A DNA stretch of 64,000 bases from an uncultured Kiritimatiellota bacterium (GCA_944391085.1 CALXSE010000002.1:10450-74449), one strand, 5' to 3'. Numbered from the stretch's first letter, positions 1 through 11,100 are shown. Notes: generated by a model from the sequence alone, not told the origin. A program made the numbers and translations.

Positions 1-441
1 CATCAGGAAGTCGTATTCGTGCGCCGGCGCCACGCCAATCTGCGGGCCGGTGCCGATGAGCAGCGGGCGCACATACATCGAGCACCCGGTGCCGTAGGGC
101 GGCACATAGTCGATGTTGTCCTTCACCACGCGGTCGAGCGCGTCCAGGAACATCTCCGTCGGCACGGGCGGCATCACGGTGCGCACCGCCGTGCGCTGCA
201 GCCGCTCGGCGTTGTTCTCGGGGCGGAAGGCCACCACCTTGCCGTCCTTCTGGCGGAAGACCTTGAGCCCTTCGAAGGCTTCCTGGCCATAGTGCAGGCA
301 GCCGGCGGCGATGGACATCGTGATGGTGTCGCCCCGAACGAGCGTTCCCTTGTCCCAAGCCCCGTCTTTCCAATGGTAACGGATGTGGCTGCGCGTGGGC
401 ATATAGGCAAACCCAAGGGCCGACCAATCAATTTCTTGCAT
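1..441 (-). CDS. ilvE: Branched-chain-amino-acid aminotransferase, N-terminal 147 codons (gene runs off the window start)
   Basis: My own reverse-strand translation from the ATG at 441 gives MQEIDWSALGFAYMPTRSHIRYHWKDGAWDKG...HYGQEAFEGLKVFRQKDGKVVAFRPENNAERL...MYVRPLLIGTGPQIGV, the class-IV aminotransferase/BCAT N-terminal pattern. It is absent from the ORF track because it has no stop inside the window. Confidence 0.8.
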   Translation of the reverse strand, partial: MQEIDWSALGFAYMPTRSHIRYHWKDGAWDKGTLVRGDTITMSIAAGCLHYGQEAFEGLKVFRQKDGKVVAFRPENNAERLQRTAVRTVMPPVPTEMFLDALDRVVKDNIDYVPPYGTGCSMYVRPLLIGTGPQIGVAPAHEYDFLM

Positions 442-955
442 GGCTTTCTCTCTCTTTCTCAAGGCACGCCAGTGCCAATTCCAACGCTTTGCGGACCGTC
501 TGGACGCGCACCGCGTCACGATCCCCCGCGAAATGGTTTTCCGTGGCCTCCGCCGCGTCTTCGCCCCACGCCACGGCGACGTAGACGAGGCCCACCGGTT
601 TATTCGGCGTCGCCCCGCCCGGCCCCGCGATGCCCGTGGTGGCGAGCGCAAGTCCTGCGCCGAAGCGCGCCCGCGCCCCCAGGGCCATTTGACGCGCGCA
701 GTCCGCGCTCACCGCGCCGACCGTCCCGAGCGTTTCGTGGGAGACGCCCAGGAGCGCCTCCTTCACGCGGTTCTGGTAGCACACGGCCCCGCCCTCGTAG
801 GCTTCGCTTGCGCCCGGCACCGCCGTGAGGGCCGCTCCGAGCAACCCGCCCGTGCAGGATTCCGCCGTCGCCAAACGCACCTTCGCCCGCCGGCAGGCCT
901 CAATCAGTCTGCCCGCGAGCGTGCGGATGTCTTGCTCGGGGGAGGGGTTCTCCAT
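428..955 (-). CDS. pncC: CinA C-terminal domain / nicotinamide-nucleotide amidohydrolase PncC
   Basis: This is the last 175 codons of ORF 428..1360(-), starting at MENPSPEQD. The strings LATAESCTGGLLG and TTGIAGPGGATPNKPVGLVYVA are CinA-C/PncC signatures. The upstream part of the ORF is Arg/Gly-rich shadow sequence. Confidence 0.8.
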   Translation of the reverse strand: MENPSPEQDIRTLAGRLIEACRRAKVRLATAESCTGGLLGAALTAVPGASEAYEGGAVCYQNRVKEALLGVSHETLGTVGAVSADCARQMALGARARFGAGLALATTGIAGPGGATPNKPVGLVYVAVAWGEDAAEATENHFAGDRDAVRVQTVRKALELALACLEKERESHARN

Positions 956-1002
956 ATCCGCCCAATGATAGCACAAAGCGGCGGCCTCGCCAACGCGGCG
1001 CG

Positions 1003-1560
1003 CTACTTCTGCAACTTTTTGACGATTCGGGCCGGGTTGCCCACCGCGACGACGTTCGCCGGCAGGCTTTCGGTGACGACGCTCCCGGCACCCACCACGG
1101 TGTTGTCGCCGATCTGCACCCCGGGCAAAACCGTCACATGCCCGCCCAGCCACACGTTGTTGCCGATGACGATCGGCGCCGCGCGCTCGATGTCCGTCGC
1201 CCGCGCGTCCGGGTCGGTCGGGTGGATGGCCGTGTAAAAGTGGCACCCGGGCCCCACGAGCACATGTTCGCCGAAGAGGATGGGCGCGCAATCGAGCATC
1301 ACGCACCCGTAATTCAGGAAGCAGCGCGGCCCCAGCTGGATGTTCCGCCCATAGTCGCAATGGAAGGGCTGCATGACCCAGGCGCCCTCGCCCACCGAGC
1401 CGAACAGGTCGCGCATCGCCTTTGAGCGGCGCTTCTCATCCACCGGGCGCAAGGCGTTGAACTCCGCGCACAGGGTCTGCGCCCGCAGGCGCTCGGGCTC
1501 CAGCGTCGCCGGGTTGTACCACTCCCCGGACACCATCTTGGCAAAAGTCTCTTCGTCCAT
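1003..1560 (-). CDS. Maltose/galactoside O-acetyltransferase-like hexapeptide-repeat acetyltransferase
   Basis: Part of ORF 1003..1701(-), starting at MDEETFAKMVSGEWYNP (ATG at 1560). It has an Maa/LacA-type N-terminus followed by left-handed beta-helix repeats (IGNNVWLGGHVTVLPGVQIGDNTVVGAGSVV). Confidence 0.8.
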   Translation of the reverse strand: MDEETFAKMVSGEWYNPATLEPERLRAQTLCAEFNALRPVDEKRRSKAMRDLFGSVGEGAWVMQPFHCDYGRNIQLGPRCFLNYGCVMLDCAPILFGEHVLVGPGCHFYTAIHPTDPDARATDIERAAPIVIGNNVWLGGHVTVLPGVQIGDNTVVGAGSVVTESLPANVVAVGNPARIVKKLQK

Positions 1561-1603
1561 AACGCGCCTTATCATACCATAACACGCCCAACTGGGCAGA
1601 GTG

Positions 1604-1612
1604 TGGTAAAAT
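1604..1612 (+). promoter_or_regulatory. Extended -10 promoter element TGGTAAAAT upstream of rnr
   Basis: The TGnTAAAAT motif ends 9 nt before the rnr ATG (1622), and there is no SD in between. Confidence 0.4.
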
Positions 1613-1621
1613 AACGGGATT

Positions 1622-3895
1622 ATGGATATTGAAGAGCAAGCGATTCGGTTTCTGTTCCAGAGCGAGCCCGAGAAGACCTTTGGCGCGCCGGAGATCGTCA
1701 AGACGCTGGGGTTGCGTGGGAAGGCCGCGAAGCGTCTGCCCCAGCTGTTGCGTGAGATGGTGCGCAGCGGGGATTTGGTGGAGAAGCGCCGCGGCCACTA
1801 TCGTGCCGGCGCGGGGTCGGGCGTCCTCACCGGCACGCTCCGCGTGACGCGCAGCGGCGCCGGCATCGTGACGGACGAGGAGACGGGCCGGCAGGTCTTT
1901 CTGGAGAGCCGCGACGTCGGCCGCGCCATTCAGGGCGACCGCGTGACGGTGGCCTATCGCCCCGGGGACCGCACCGACCCCGTCGGCGTCATCCGCTCCA
2001 TCGACGAGGAGGCCGTGCGCGACGTCGTCGGCACCGTGCGCCGCGCGGGCGGCGAGGGGCTCAGCGTCTCGCCGCTCAACCCGGTTTATCGAAGCGATTT
2101 CATGCTGGTGGGCGACCCGAAGGGCGCGAAACCGGGCGACCGCGTGGTGGTGCGGATGCGCCGCGGCGGCTCGGGGCGCGATGAGCGCCTGGAGGCGGAG
2201 GTGCTCGAGGTCATCGGCCCCGAGGACAAGCCCTCGCTGGACACCGTCGCCATCCTGCGCCAGTATGAGCTGCCTGAGGCTTTTCCCCCCGCCGTGACGG
2301 CCGAGGCCGAGCAGGTGGCCGGGCTGCTGCACGAGCCTGGCGAGCGCCTGGATCTGCGCGACCGCTTCATCATCACCATCGACCCGGCCACCGCGCGCGA
2401 TTTCGACGATGCCATCAGCCTGGAGCATGATGGTCAGGGCCGTCGCGTGCTGGGCGTGCATATCGCCGATGTCAGCCACTTCGTGCGTCCCGGCAGCGCG
2501 CTTGACCGTGAGGCCTATCGCCGCGGCACAAGCGTCTACCTTATCGACAAGGTGGTGCCGATGCTCCCCGAGCAGCTCTCCAACAGCGTTTGCTCGCTCA
2601 TGCCCAACGAAGACCGACTGGCCTTCTCGGTCTTCATCACCTACGACAAGCAAGGCCGCGCCGTGGACACGCGCTTCGCCAAAAGCGTCATCCGCTCGAA
2701 GCAACGCCTGGCTTACGAGGAGGCCATCGCCCTCATCGAGGGGCGCCCCACGGAGGTCGCCTGCGGCCCGCTTGACCCGCGCACCCGGCCGATGCTCCGT
2801 GAGACCCTGGAGCTGACGCGCCAGCTCAAACGGATCCGCGAGCGCAACGCGGCGCTCGAGATGGCCTCGCAGGAAGTCGAGATCGTCCTCGACAAGGAGG
2901 GGCGCATGGTGGGCATCCATCCGGCCTCGAACGACGAGTCGCACCAGCTCATCGAGTGCTGCATGGTGGCCGCCAACGAGGCCGTCGCCCGCGAATTGCT
3001 GACGCACCAGGTGGCCATCCTCAACCGCCTCCACGAGGCGCCGGACGACGAGAAGATCGCCAAGCTTGAGGTGGAGCTCCGCAAACTCGGTGTCCGCCCG
3101 CGCAACCTCCGCGAGCCGAAGGAGCTCGCCGCCCTCCTGCGCGACACCGCCGACCATCCCCTGCGCTACCACATCCATATGTTGGTGCTGCGTTCGCTCA
3201 AGCGCGCGCTCTATTCCGCCAAGCAACACGGCCATTTCGGCCTCGCGCTCACCTACTATTCCCACTTCACCTCGCCCATCCGGCGTTACCCTGACCTTGT
3301 GCTCCATCGCCAGCTGGCCGAGTATCTCGCCGGGACGGGCCGCCGCGGCCGGCTCGACCAGGGCTGGCTTGACCGCGCCGCCGCCCGCGCCACCGAACGT
3401 GAGCAGCTCGCCGACGAGGCTGAGCGCGCCCTCACCGAAATCAAGAAATACCGTTTCCTTCAGGAGCAGCTCGACGCCCGCAAGCCGCAGGAGTACGAGG
3501 CCGTCGTCGTGGCCGTCAAACCCTTTGGCTTCTTCGTCGACGTCATCGACCTGCAGCTCTCCGGCCTTGTCCATGTGGCCGGCCTCTCCAAGCAATACGC
3601 CGTCTTCAACCCTGCCTCCGAGACGATCAGCGCCGGCAAGCTCGTCGTCAAGGCCGGCCTTTCCCTCCGCGTCTACGTCACGCGCGTCGACTTCCCTGCG
3701 CGTCGCCTTGACTTCGCCTATGTGCAGGGCAGCGCCGTCGACCGCTGGAACGGCGGCCGCCACGCCGAGGAAACCCGCCTGGCCGCCATCGCCAAGGAGC
3801 GCGGCCGCAAGGTGCGCCCCGGCAAACCGGCCAAGCGCCCCGCCAAGCAGTCAAAACCCGCCAATCCCGCCAAAAAAGGCAAGCGTCAGGCATGA
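1622..3895 (+). CDS. rnr: Ribonuclease R
   Basis: 757-aa ORF with an RNB catalytic core (FIITIDPATARDFDDAISLE, HFGLALTYYSHFTSPIRRYPDLVLHR), a C-terminal S1 domain and a Lys-rich tail. Confidence 0.95.
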   Translation: MDIEEQAIRFLFQSEPEKTFGAPEIVKTLGLRGKAAKRLPQLLREMVRSGDLVEKRRGHYRAGAGSGVLTGTLRVTRSGAGIVTDEETGRQVFLESRDVGRAIQGDRVTVAYRPGDRTDPVGVIRSIDEEAVRDVVGTVRRAGGEGLSVSPLNPVYRSDFMLVGDPKGAKPGDRVVVRMRRGGSGRDERLEAEVLEVIGPEDKPSLDTVAILRQYELPEAFPPAVTAEAEQVAGLLHEPGERLDLRDRFIITIDPATARDFDDAISLEHDGQGRRVLGVHIADVSHFVRPGSALDREAYRRGTSVYLIDKVVPMLPEQLSNSVCSLMPNEDRLAFSVFITYDKQGRAVDTRFAKSVIRSKQRLAYEEAIALIEGRPTEVACGPLDPRTRPMLRETLELTRQLKRIRERNAALEMASQEVEIVLDKEGRMVGIHPASNDESHQLIECCMVAANEAVARELLTHQVAILNRLHEAPDDEKIAKLEVELRKLGVRPRNLREPKELAALLRDTADHPLRYHIHMLVLRSLKRALYSAKQHGHFGLALTYYSHFTSPIRRYPDLVLHRQLAEYLAGTGRRGRLDQGWLDRAAARATEREQLADEAERALTEIKKYRFLQEQLDARKPQEYEAVVVAVKPFGFFVDVIDLQLSGLVHVAGLSKQYAVFNPASETISAGKLVVKAGLSLRVYVTRVDFPARRLDFAYVQGSAVDRWNGGRHAEETRLAAIAKERGRKVRPGKPAKRPAKQSKPANPAKKGKRQA

Positions 3896-4698
3896 CTCGG
3901 GCTTCCTATCACAACCATACCGTCTTCAGCGACGGCGCCGAGACGCCCGCAGACTTCCTGCGTCAGGCCGTTGCCCAAGGCATCGGCATCCTCGGTTTCT
4001 CCGACCACTACTACCGCGAGGGCCCCGGCGCCGAGGCCGCGCCCGAGTGGGCCCTCCAGCCGCGCTTCGACGACGTCTATTTCCAGAACATCGCCGAGGT
4101 CGCCGCTTCCGCCCCCATCGAGGTGCGCGTGGGGTTGGAGTTCGATTGGCTCGACGGTTCCGCCGCCTGGTACGCCAAGTCCGCCCGCGACCCGCGCCTG
4201 GACTACGCCATCGGCTCGGTCCATTTCGTCGGCCGCCAATCCATCGACACCGACCGCGCGTTCTGGGGAGGGCTTTCCGCCGATGAGCTGAATGCCACGC
4301 ACCGCCGCTACTGGCAGGCCGTGCGCGACATGGCCGAAAGCCGCCTCTTCGACATCGCCGGGCACCTTGACCTCTGCAAGAAGTTTGCCTTTTATCCCAC
4401 CGAGGATCTCACCGTTCCAATCCGTGATGCCCTCGACGCCATCAAGGCCGCGGACATGGTCGTGGAGCTCAACACTTCCGGCTGGGCCAAGGATTGCCGC
4501 GAATGTTACCCCAGCGAGGCCATCCTCCGCGCCTGCTTCCGCCGAGAAATCCCCGTCACGGTCTCCGCGGACGCCCATCGCGCCTGTTTCGTCTGCGCGA
4601 ACTTCCCGCGCGCCTACGATTTGCTTGCCCGCGTCGGTTACCGCCGACTGGCCCGTTTCCGTGGCCGCGAACGCTTTTTCGAACCCCTTGAGCCTTGA
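3892..4698 (+). CDS. PHP-family phosphoesterase (histidinol-phosphatase HisJ-like)
   Basis: The N-terminus SYHNHTVFSDGAETP and the string GILGFSDHYY are PHP metal-binding motifs. The ATGA start/stop overlap with rnr suggests translational coupling. Confidence 0.75.
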   Translation: MTRASYHNHTVFSDGAETPADFLRQAVAQGIGILGFSDHYYREGPGAEAAPEWALQPRFDDVYFQNIAEVAASAPIEVRVGLEFDWLDGSAAWYAKSARDPRLDYAIGSVHFVGRQSIDTDRAFWGGLSADELNATHRRYWQAVRDMAESRLFDIAGHLDLCKKFAFYPTEDLTVPIRDALDAIKAADMVVELNTSGWAKDCRECYPSEAILRACFRREIPVTVSADAHRACFVCANFPRAYDLLARVGYRRLARFRGRERFFEPLEP

Positions 4699-4710
4699 TT
4701 GGAACCCTTT

Positions 4711-6111
4711 ATGCCCGCTTATCTGCTTTGGCCCCTTTCCATCATCCTGGCCGTTTTTCTCTTCAGCCTGGCCGTCTTCATCCATGAGTTCGGTCATTTC
4801 GTCGCCGCCCGGTTGCTGGGGATGCGCGCCGACGTTTTCTCCATCGGCTTCGGCCCCGCGCTTTGGAAACGCGTCATCCGCGGCACCGAATGGCGGGTCT
4901 CGGCCGTCCCTTTCGGCGGCTATGTCTCCCTCCCGCAGCTTGACCCAGAGGCCATGAAGGGCATCCAGGGCGACCATGGCGCGGCGCTCCCGCCGGCGCC
5001 GCCCTGGAAACGTATCATCGTCGCCTTCGCCGGCCCCTTCGGCAACCTTGTGCTTGCGTTTTGCTGTGCGGCGGCCATCTGCTGGTTTGCGCCCGATGGC
5101 GCCACCGGCGCTTCCACCACCATCGGCATCGTCGCTCCGGGATCCGCCGCGGACGAGGCAGGCCTCCGCCCCGGCGACCGGATCCTCGCCGTCAATGGGA
5201 ACGCTGTCCGCTCCTGGAGCGATTTCGTCGTGGAGAGCTATCTCGGCGGCGGCACCAACGCCACCGTCACCGTCTCCGTCGACCGATCCGGGCAGACGCT
5301 TGACCTCCCCGCGCGCCTTGACACGCGCGCCGACCCGAACGAGGAGATTTACGTCATTGGCGGGCTTACCCCCGGCCCTGTCTACCTCGGCGTCGGGGAG
5401 GTTCTCCCGGGTTCTCCCGCCGAGGCCGCGGGGCTCCGTCCCGGGGACGTCATCCTCACCGTGGATGGCAAACCCCTTGCCGCCGACCCGACGCTTCTTA
5501 CCGAGCGCCCGGACCCCGCCGCGCCCGTTGCCCTTGCCGTTCTCCCCGCAGATGCGCCGAAAGGCTCTGAGCCACGTGTGATCACCCTTGTGCCCGCGCT
5601 TTTGCCGCCGTTGGTCGGCGAGGACGCCGCCTCCGCCGTCCCGAGGATCGGCGTGGTCATCCATCCCTTTGTGGAAGGGCATCTCCAATGGATGGCCGAA
5701 CGCGGCATCTTTGCCCAGCTCCGCGCCGACGCGATGAGCGTCTTCCGTATCCTTGAGGCGCTGACCCTGCCCAAGGCCGAGGGCGAGGCCGGGCGCGCGG
5801 CCTCTGGGCTCGGCGGGCCGATCATGATTTTCGGCATTTTCGTGCAGGTGATCCAGAACGGCCTTTGGGTGAGCCTGGGCTTCCTCCGTCTCATTTGCGT
5901 GAACCTCGCGCTCCTGAATCTGTTGCCGCTGCCGGTGCTCGACGGCGGGCATATTCTCTTTTCGCTCTACGCCATCGTCCGCCGCAAGGAGGCCTCCGCG
6001 CGGTTCATCGGCGTCCTCACCAACGTCTTTGTCGTCCTGCTGCTGCTGCTCTTCGCGGTGCTGATCTATCGCGATTCCATGCGCCTGATCCTTCCCTTCC
6101 TTCAAGGCTGA
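4711..6111 (+). CDS. rseP: RIP zinc metalloprotease RseP (site-2 protease)
   Basis: HEFGHFVAAR (HExxH), two PDZ-like segments (GSAADEAGLRPGDRILAVNG, GSPAEAAGLRPGDVILTVDG), and NLLPLPVLDGGH. I prefer the ATG at 4711 over the TTG at 4699. Confidence 0.9.
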   Translation: MPAYLLWPLSIILAVFLFSLAVFIHEFGHFVAARLLGMRADVFSIGFGPALWKRVIRGTEWRVSAVPFGGYVSLPQLDPEAMKGIQGDHGAALPPAPPWKRIIVAFAGPFGNLVLAFCCAAAICWFAPDGATGASTTIGIVAPGSAADEAGLRPGDRILAVNGNAVRSWSDFVVESYLGGGTNATVTVSVDRSGQTLDLPARLDTRADPNEEIYVIGGLTPGPVYLGVGEVLPGSPAEAAGLRPGDVILTVDGKPLAADPTLLTERPDPAAPVALAVLPADAPKGSEPRVITLVPALLPPLVGEDAASAVPRIGVVIHPFVEGHLQWMAERGIFAQLRADAMSVFRILEALTLPKAEGEAGRAASGLGGPIMIFGIFVQVIQNGLWVSLGFLRLICVNLALLNLLPLPVLDGGHILFSLYAIVRRKEASARFIGVLTNVFVVLLLLLFAVLIYRDSMRLILPFLQG

Positions 6112-6114
6112 GCC

Positions 6115-7191
6115 ATGACCCTGCGCACCCAAACCCGCCCCATCCATGTCGGCCCCGTGCAGGTCGGCGGCGGCGCCCCCGTCTCCGTCCAGACGATGGC
6201 CAATGTCCCGACCACAGACGTCCCCGCCGTCCTTGCCCAAACCCGCCGTGCCGCCGAGCTGGGGTGTGATATCTTCCGCGTGGCCGTGCCGGATCAGGCC
6301 GCCGCCGAGGCTTTGCGTGCACTCGTCGCGCAGAGCCCGCTCCCTCTCGTGGCCGACATCCACTTCGACTATCGCCTGGCCCTTGCCTCCCTTGAAGCCG
6401 GCGTCGCCGCCCTCCGTATCAATCCCGGCAACATCGGCGGCCCGGAGCGCGTCCGCGCCGTGGTGGAGGCCGCGCGCCCCCGGCGCGTCCCCATCCGCAT
6501 CGGCGTCAACGGCGGTTCCCTCGAGAAAGGGCTCGTTGCCAAGTACGGTTCCGCCACCCCGGAGGCGCTCGTCGAAAGCGCGCTTGGCCACGTCCGCCTC
6601 CTTGAGGCGCTCGATTACCGCGAAATCGCTGTCTCCGTCAAGGCCTCCGATATCCCGCGCACCCTCGCGGCCTATCGCCTGCTTGCCGACCGCGTGCCCT
6701 ATCCCCTCCACCTGGGGCTTACCGAGGCCGGCACCGCCCTGCGCGGCACCGTCGCCAGCTGCGTCGCCCTCTCGCGCCTCTTGGAGGACGGCATCGGCGA
6801 CACGCTCCGCATCTCCCTCACCGCGCCCATCGAGCAGGAAGTGCGCGTCGGCGTCGAGCTCCTGCGCGCCTGCGGCCTGCGCGCCCCCGGCGCCTGGGTC
6901 ACCAGCTGCCCCACCTGCGGCCGCACGCAGGTCGACCTCCAATCCGCCGCCGAGCGCGTCTCCGACGCCCTCGAGGCCTTCTATCGCGCGCACCCCGCCG
7001 CCAAGCGCCTCCACGTCGCCGTCATGGGGTGCGTCGTCAATGGCCCCGGTGAGGCCCGCGAGGCGGACCTTGCCCTTTGCGGCGGCCGCGGCGTCTTCGC
7101 CCTCTACCGCCACGGCGAATGCCTGGCCACGCTCCCGCCCGAGGAGGCGTTGGCCGAGCTGCTGCGCCTCGTCGCCCAGGAGGCCGGTTGA
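6115..7191 (+). CDS. ispG: 4-hydroxy-3-methylbut-2-enyl diphosphate synthase (flavodoxin)
   Basis: IHVGPVQVGGGAPVSVQTM, RINPGNIGG, and the SCPTCGRT / GCVVNGPGEA cluster ligands. Confidence 0.95.
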   Translation: MTLRTQTRPIHVGPVQVGGGAPVSVQTMANVPTTDVPAVLAQTRRAAELGCDIFRVAVPDQAAAEALRALVAQSPLPLVADIHFDYRLALASLEAGVAALRINPGNIGGPERVRAVVEAARPRRVPIRIGVNGGSLEKGLVAKYGSATPEALVESALGHVRLLEALDYREIAVSVKASDIPRTLAAYRLLADRVPYPLHLGLTEAGTALRGTVASCVALSRLLEDGIGDTLRISLTAPIEQEVRVGVELLRACGLRAPGAWVTSCPTCGRTQVDLQSAAERVSDALEAFYRAHPAAKRLHVAVMGCVVNGPGEAREADLALCGGRGVFALYRHGECLATLPPEEALAELLRLVAQEAG

Positions 7192-7898
7192 TGGCGCCGC
7201 GCACGCTCGTCGTCTCCCCCACTTACAACGAACGCGAGAACCTCCCAGGCTTCGTCGAGGCTGTCCTTACCGCGCTTCCGACGGCCGACCTGCTGGTTGT
7301 GGACGATGCCTCGCCGGACGGCACCGGCGCCCTCGCCGAATGCCTGGTGCGGGCCCATCCTCGTCTCCGCGTGCTCCATCGCCCTGCCAAGGCCGGGCTT
7401 GGCCGCGCCTACCGCGCTGCCTTCCGTTGGGCGCTTACGCGCGGCTACGGGCGCATCGTCCAGATGGACGCCGACTTCTCGCACAATCCGGCCGATCTGC
7501 CGCGGCTTCTTGCCTCGACGGAGGCGTATGACCTTGTCATCGGTTCGCGTTACCAGGGCGGCGTGCGCGTCCTCAATTGGCCGTTGCGCAGACTCTTCCT
7601 CAGCTACGGCGCCGGCCTTTACGTCCGCCTGCTGACGCGCTTGCCCGTGATGGATCCGACCGCGGGCTACAAATGTTTCCGCCGCGCGGCCCTTGCCGCC
7701 GTCCTTCGCGGCCCACTCGCCGCGGATGGCTATGCCTTCCAAATCGAGACCACCTATCACGCCTGGCGTCAAGGCTTTCGTATCGTCGAGGTGCCGATCG
7801 TTTTCACGGATCGAGTCGCCGGCAGCTCCAAGATGTCCCTTGCCATCGCCTGGGAAGCCGTCTGCCTTGTCCTTCGTCTTGCCCTCCGCCATCGCTGA
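7191..7898 (+). CDS. GT2 polyprenol-phosphate mannosyltransferase (Dpm1/Ppm1-like)
   Basis: Internal ATG of ORF 7077..7898, overlapping the ispG stop (TGATG). The strings VVSPTYNERENL, VVDDASPDGT and QMDADFSHNP are typical Dpm1-type GT-A motifs. Confidence 0.8.
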   Translation: MAPRTLVVSPTYNERENLPGFVEAVLTALPTADLLVVDDASPDGTGALAECLVRAHPRLRVLHRPAKAGLGRAYRAAFRWALTRGYGRIVQMDADFSHNPADLPRLLASTEAYDLVIGSRYQGGVRVLNWPLRRLFLSYGAGLYVRLLTRLPVMDPTAGYKCFRRAALAAVLRGPLAADGYAFQIETTYHAWRQGFRIVEVPIVFTDRVAGSSKMSLAIAWEAVCLVLRLALRHR

Positions 7899-8169
7899 AT
7901 GCCTCCTGCCTGGCTGTGTGGACGTTTGGCGTTGGCGCCGTCCTTAGGGCTTTCGCCCTCGCGGGAGCGGCCGTTGGGCGCGGCGTGACGCTCGCGTTCC
8001 ACCTGCCGGGCGCCGTTTGGCAGGCGCTGGAGGCGAGGGTGGGGGCCATCCCCGCCAGGGCGCGGTGCGGCGCCTTGGAGCAGCGGCAGGTTCAGTGCTG
8101 AGTGCTCCAGTGGGGGAAAAGCCCTCGGCCCTGGCGGCCGTGTTTTTGTTCGTGATTTGGGGGTGGGCG

Positions 8170-8178
8170 TGGTATAAT
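8170..8178 (+). promoter_or_regulatory. Extended -10 promoter TGGTATAAT for dnaE (leaderless configuration)
   Basis: A consensus TGnTATAAT ends 6 nt before the dnaE ATG at 8185, with no SD. Confidence 0.5.
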
Positions 8179-8184
8179 GGTGCC

Positions 8185-11100
8185 ATGAGCGAGACGAGGC
8201 AGGGTGAGACGGCGCCGTTTGTGCATTTGCATGTGCACACGGGCTATTCGTTGTTGGACGGGGCGTGCCAGGTGCCGGCGTTGGTGAAGCGGGTGAAGGC
8301 GCTGGGGATGGGGGCGTGCGCGATCACGGATCATGGGTGCCTGTATGGGCTCAAGGCGTTTTACGATGCGTGCAGGAAGGAGGGGATTAAGCCGATTTTG
8401 GGGTGTGAGGCGTATGTCGCGCGGATGGGGAGGCAGGATCGGACGCTCCGGAGTGGGGATCACCTGATTTTGCTGGCGAAGAACCTGGTGGGGTACCACA
8501 ATTTGCTCCGTATGATTTCGCTGGCGCACATCGAGGGGTTCTATGGGCGGCCGAGGATCGACCGGGAGCTGTTGGAGCGGTATCACGAGGGCCTGATTTG
8601 CTCGTCGGCGTGCGTGGCGGGGATTGTGCCGCGGATGATCGTGGAGGGGCGCCTGGATGAGGCCGAGGCTCAGGCGCGGTGGTATCAGAACCTGTTCGGG
8701 GAGGATTACTACCTCGAGATCATGCTGCACAAGAGCGAGGTGCGGGGGCCGGGGGAGGAGGAGCACCGGGAGCTGTATCAGCGGCAGACGTTGGTCAACC
8801 GTGAGATCATCAAGCTGGGGGAGAAGTTGGGGATCACGGTCATCGCGACGAATGACGTGCATTTCTTGCTGAAGGAGGATGGCCCGGCGCATGATGTGCT
8901 GCTGTGCGTGAGCACGGGGAAGAAGCTGTCGGACGAGCGGCGTCTGCGGTATACCCAGCAGGAATGGCTGAAGAGCTACGAGGAGATGTTGGAGGCTTTG
9001 CCGGGGCATGAGGCGGCAATCCATGCGACGGTTGGCGTGGCGGAGAAGGTGGAGGCGTATGAGCTGAACGCTGATCCCATCATGCCGAAGTTCCCGATCC
9101 CGACGTCGTTCGGCACGGAAGCGGATTATGCGGAGCGCTTCCCGGAGGAGGCGTTGCGGGCCGAGTTTGAGCGCTATGAGAAGTTTGACGGGTATGACAA
9201 GGTGCTGCGCATCAAACTGGAAAGCGACTATCTGGCGCATCTGGCCTGGGAGGGCGCGGCGCGGCGATGGCCGGGCGCGGCGCTGACGGAGGAAATCAGG
9301 GAACGCATCGCCTTTGAGCTGAACACCATCAAGCAGATGGGGTTCCCGGGCTATTTCCTGATCGTTCAGGATTACATCGCCGCGGCGCGCGGGATGGGCG
9401 TGATCGTGGGGCCGGGGCGCGGGAGTGCGGCGGGCAGCGCGGTGGCGTATGCGCTGGGCATCACGGACATCGACCCGATTCGGTACGATCTGCTGTTCGA
9501 GCGCTTTCTGAACCCGGACCGCATCTCGATGCCGGATATTGACGTGGACTTCGACGACAACGGCCGCGGGCGTGTGTTGGAGTGGGTGACGGAGAAATAT
9601 GGCGCGGATCACGTCGGGCACATCGCCACGTTCGGCATCATGGCCCCGAAGAGCGCCATCAAGGATGTCTGCCGCGTGCTCGATTACCCGCTCTCGGACG
9701 CGAACGCGCTCGCGGCGATGGTGCCGGAGACGCCGAAGATCACCTTCGCCAAGGCGTTCAAGGAGAATCCGAAGCTCGCGGAAATCCTGGACGGCGACGA
9801 CCCGCTGAAGCGCCAGATCCTGGAGCTGGCCATGCGCTTGGAGGGGACCACACGCAACATCGGCGTGCACGCCTGCGGCATCATCATCAGCCGCGACCCG
9901 CTGATGGAGACCATCCCCATCGTCCCCACCGCCGGCGAAAGCCTCATGACCACGCAGTACGACGGGCACTTCGTGGAGCCCATCGGGTTGCTGAAGATGG
10001 ACTTCCTGGGACTGAAGACCCTGTCCGTGCTCAAGGCCTGCCTCGCTTCCATCAAGGAATCGCACGGCGTCGAGGTGGACATGGACAAAATCCCCATCGA
10101 CGACAAGGAGACCTTCGAGCTCTTTTCCCGCGGCGAGACGGACGGCCTCTTCCAATTCGAATCCGATGGCATGAAGGCCCACCTGCGCGCCCTGCGCCCC
10201 AACCGCTTCGAGGATTTGGTGGCCATGAACGCGCTGTACCGCCCCGGCCCGATGGCGTACATCCCCTCGTTCATCAAACGCAAGCACGGCGAAGAGCAAA
10301 TCGCCTACGACCATCCCCTGATGGAGAAATACCTCAGGGACACCTACGGCATCACCGTCTACCAAGAGCAGGTCATGCTCCTGTCGCGCCTGCTCGGCGG
10401 CTTCACGCGCGGCGAATCGGACACCCTCCGCAAGGCCATGGGCAAGAAGCAGCTCGAGACGATGGAGAAGCTCCGCGTCAAGTTCATCGACGGGTGCCTC
10501 AAAAACCCCGCCTTCATGGAGGCCTGCGCCAACGAGGATGAGGCGCGCAAGAAAACCGAGAAGATTTGGGCGGACTGGACGGCCTTCGCCTCCTACGCAT
10601 TCAACAAGTCGCACTCCGTCTGTTACGCCTACATCGCCTATCAGACCGGCTACCTCAAGGCGCACTACCCAGCAGACTTCATGTGTGCGCAGATTTCCTC
10701 GGAAATCGGGAACTTCGACAAGATGCCCGCGCTCGTCGCCGCCGCCGCGGACATGGGGCTGAGCGTGTTGCCGCCGGACGTGAACCGCTCGCGGAGCCAC
10801 TTCTCGCCTGAGGGCAAGGCGGCCGTCCGTTTCGGCCTCGGCGCGATCCGCAACGTCGGCGAGGCCGCCGGCGCGCTGATCGTCTCCGAACGCGAGGCCA
10901 ACGGCCCTTACAAAGGGCTCGTGGACTTCTGCAAGCGCCTTTGCGGCGCCGCGGCCAAGGCCGCGAACGACAACAAGCTCCTCGTCACCAAACGGGCCAT
11001 CGAGGCCCTCGTCAGAAGCGGCGCGATGGCCGGGCTCGACGCCAACCAAGGCCGTCTTTTGGGCGGCATCGACTTCGCTTTCTCCCGTGTCGCCGAAGCC

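Noticed and set aside
3886-7113. 1075-aa ORF on the minus strand spanning the PHP, rseP and ispG genes
   Set aside because: It is Gly/Ala/Asp/Arg-rich, has no recognisable motif or start signals, and is entirely antisense to three well-supported plus-strand genes. It is a typical high-GC shadow ORF. The same holds for 1436..3763(-), which is antisense to rnr.
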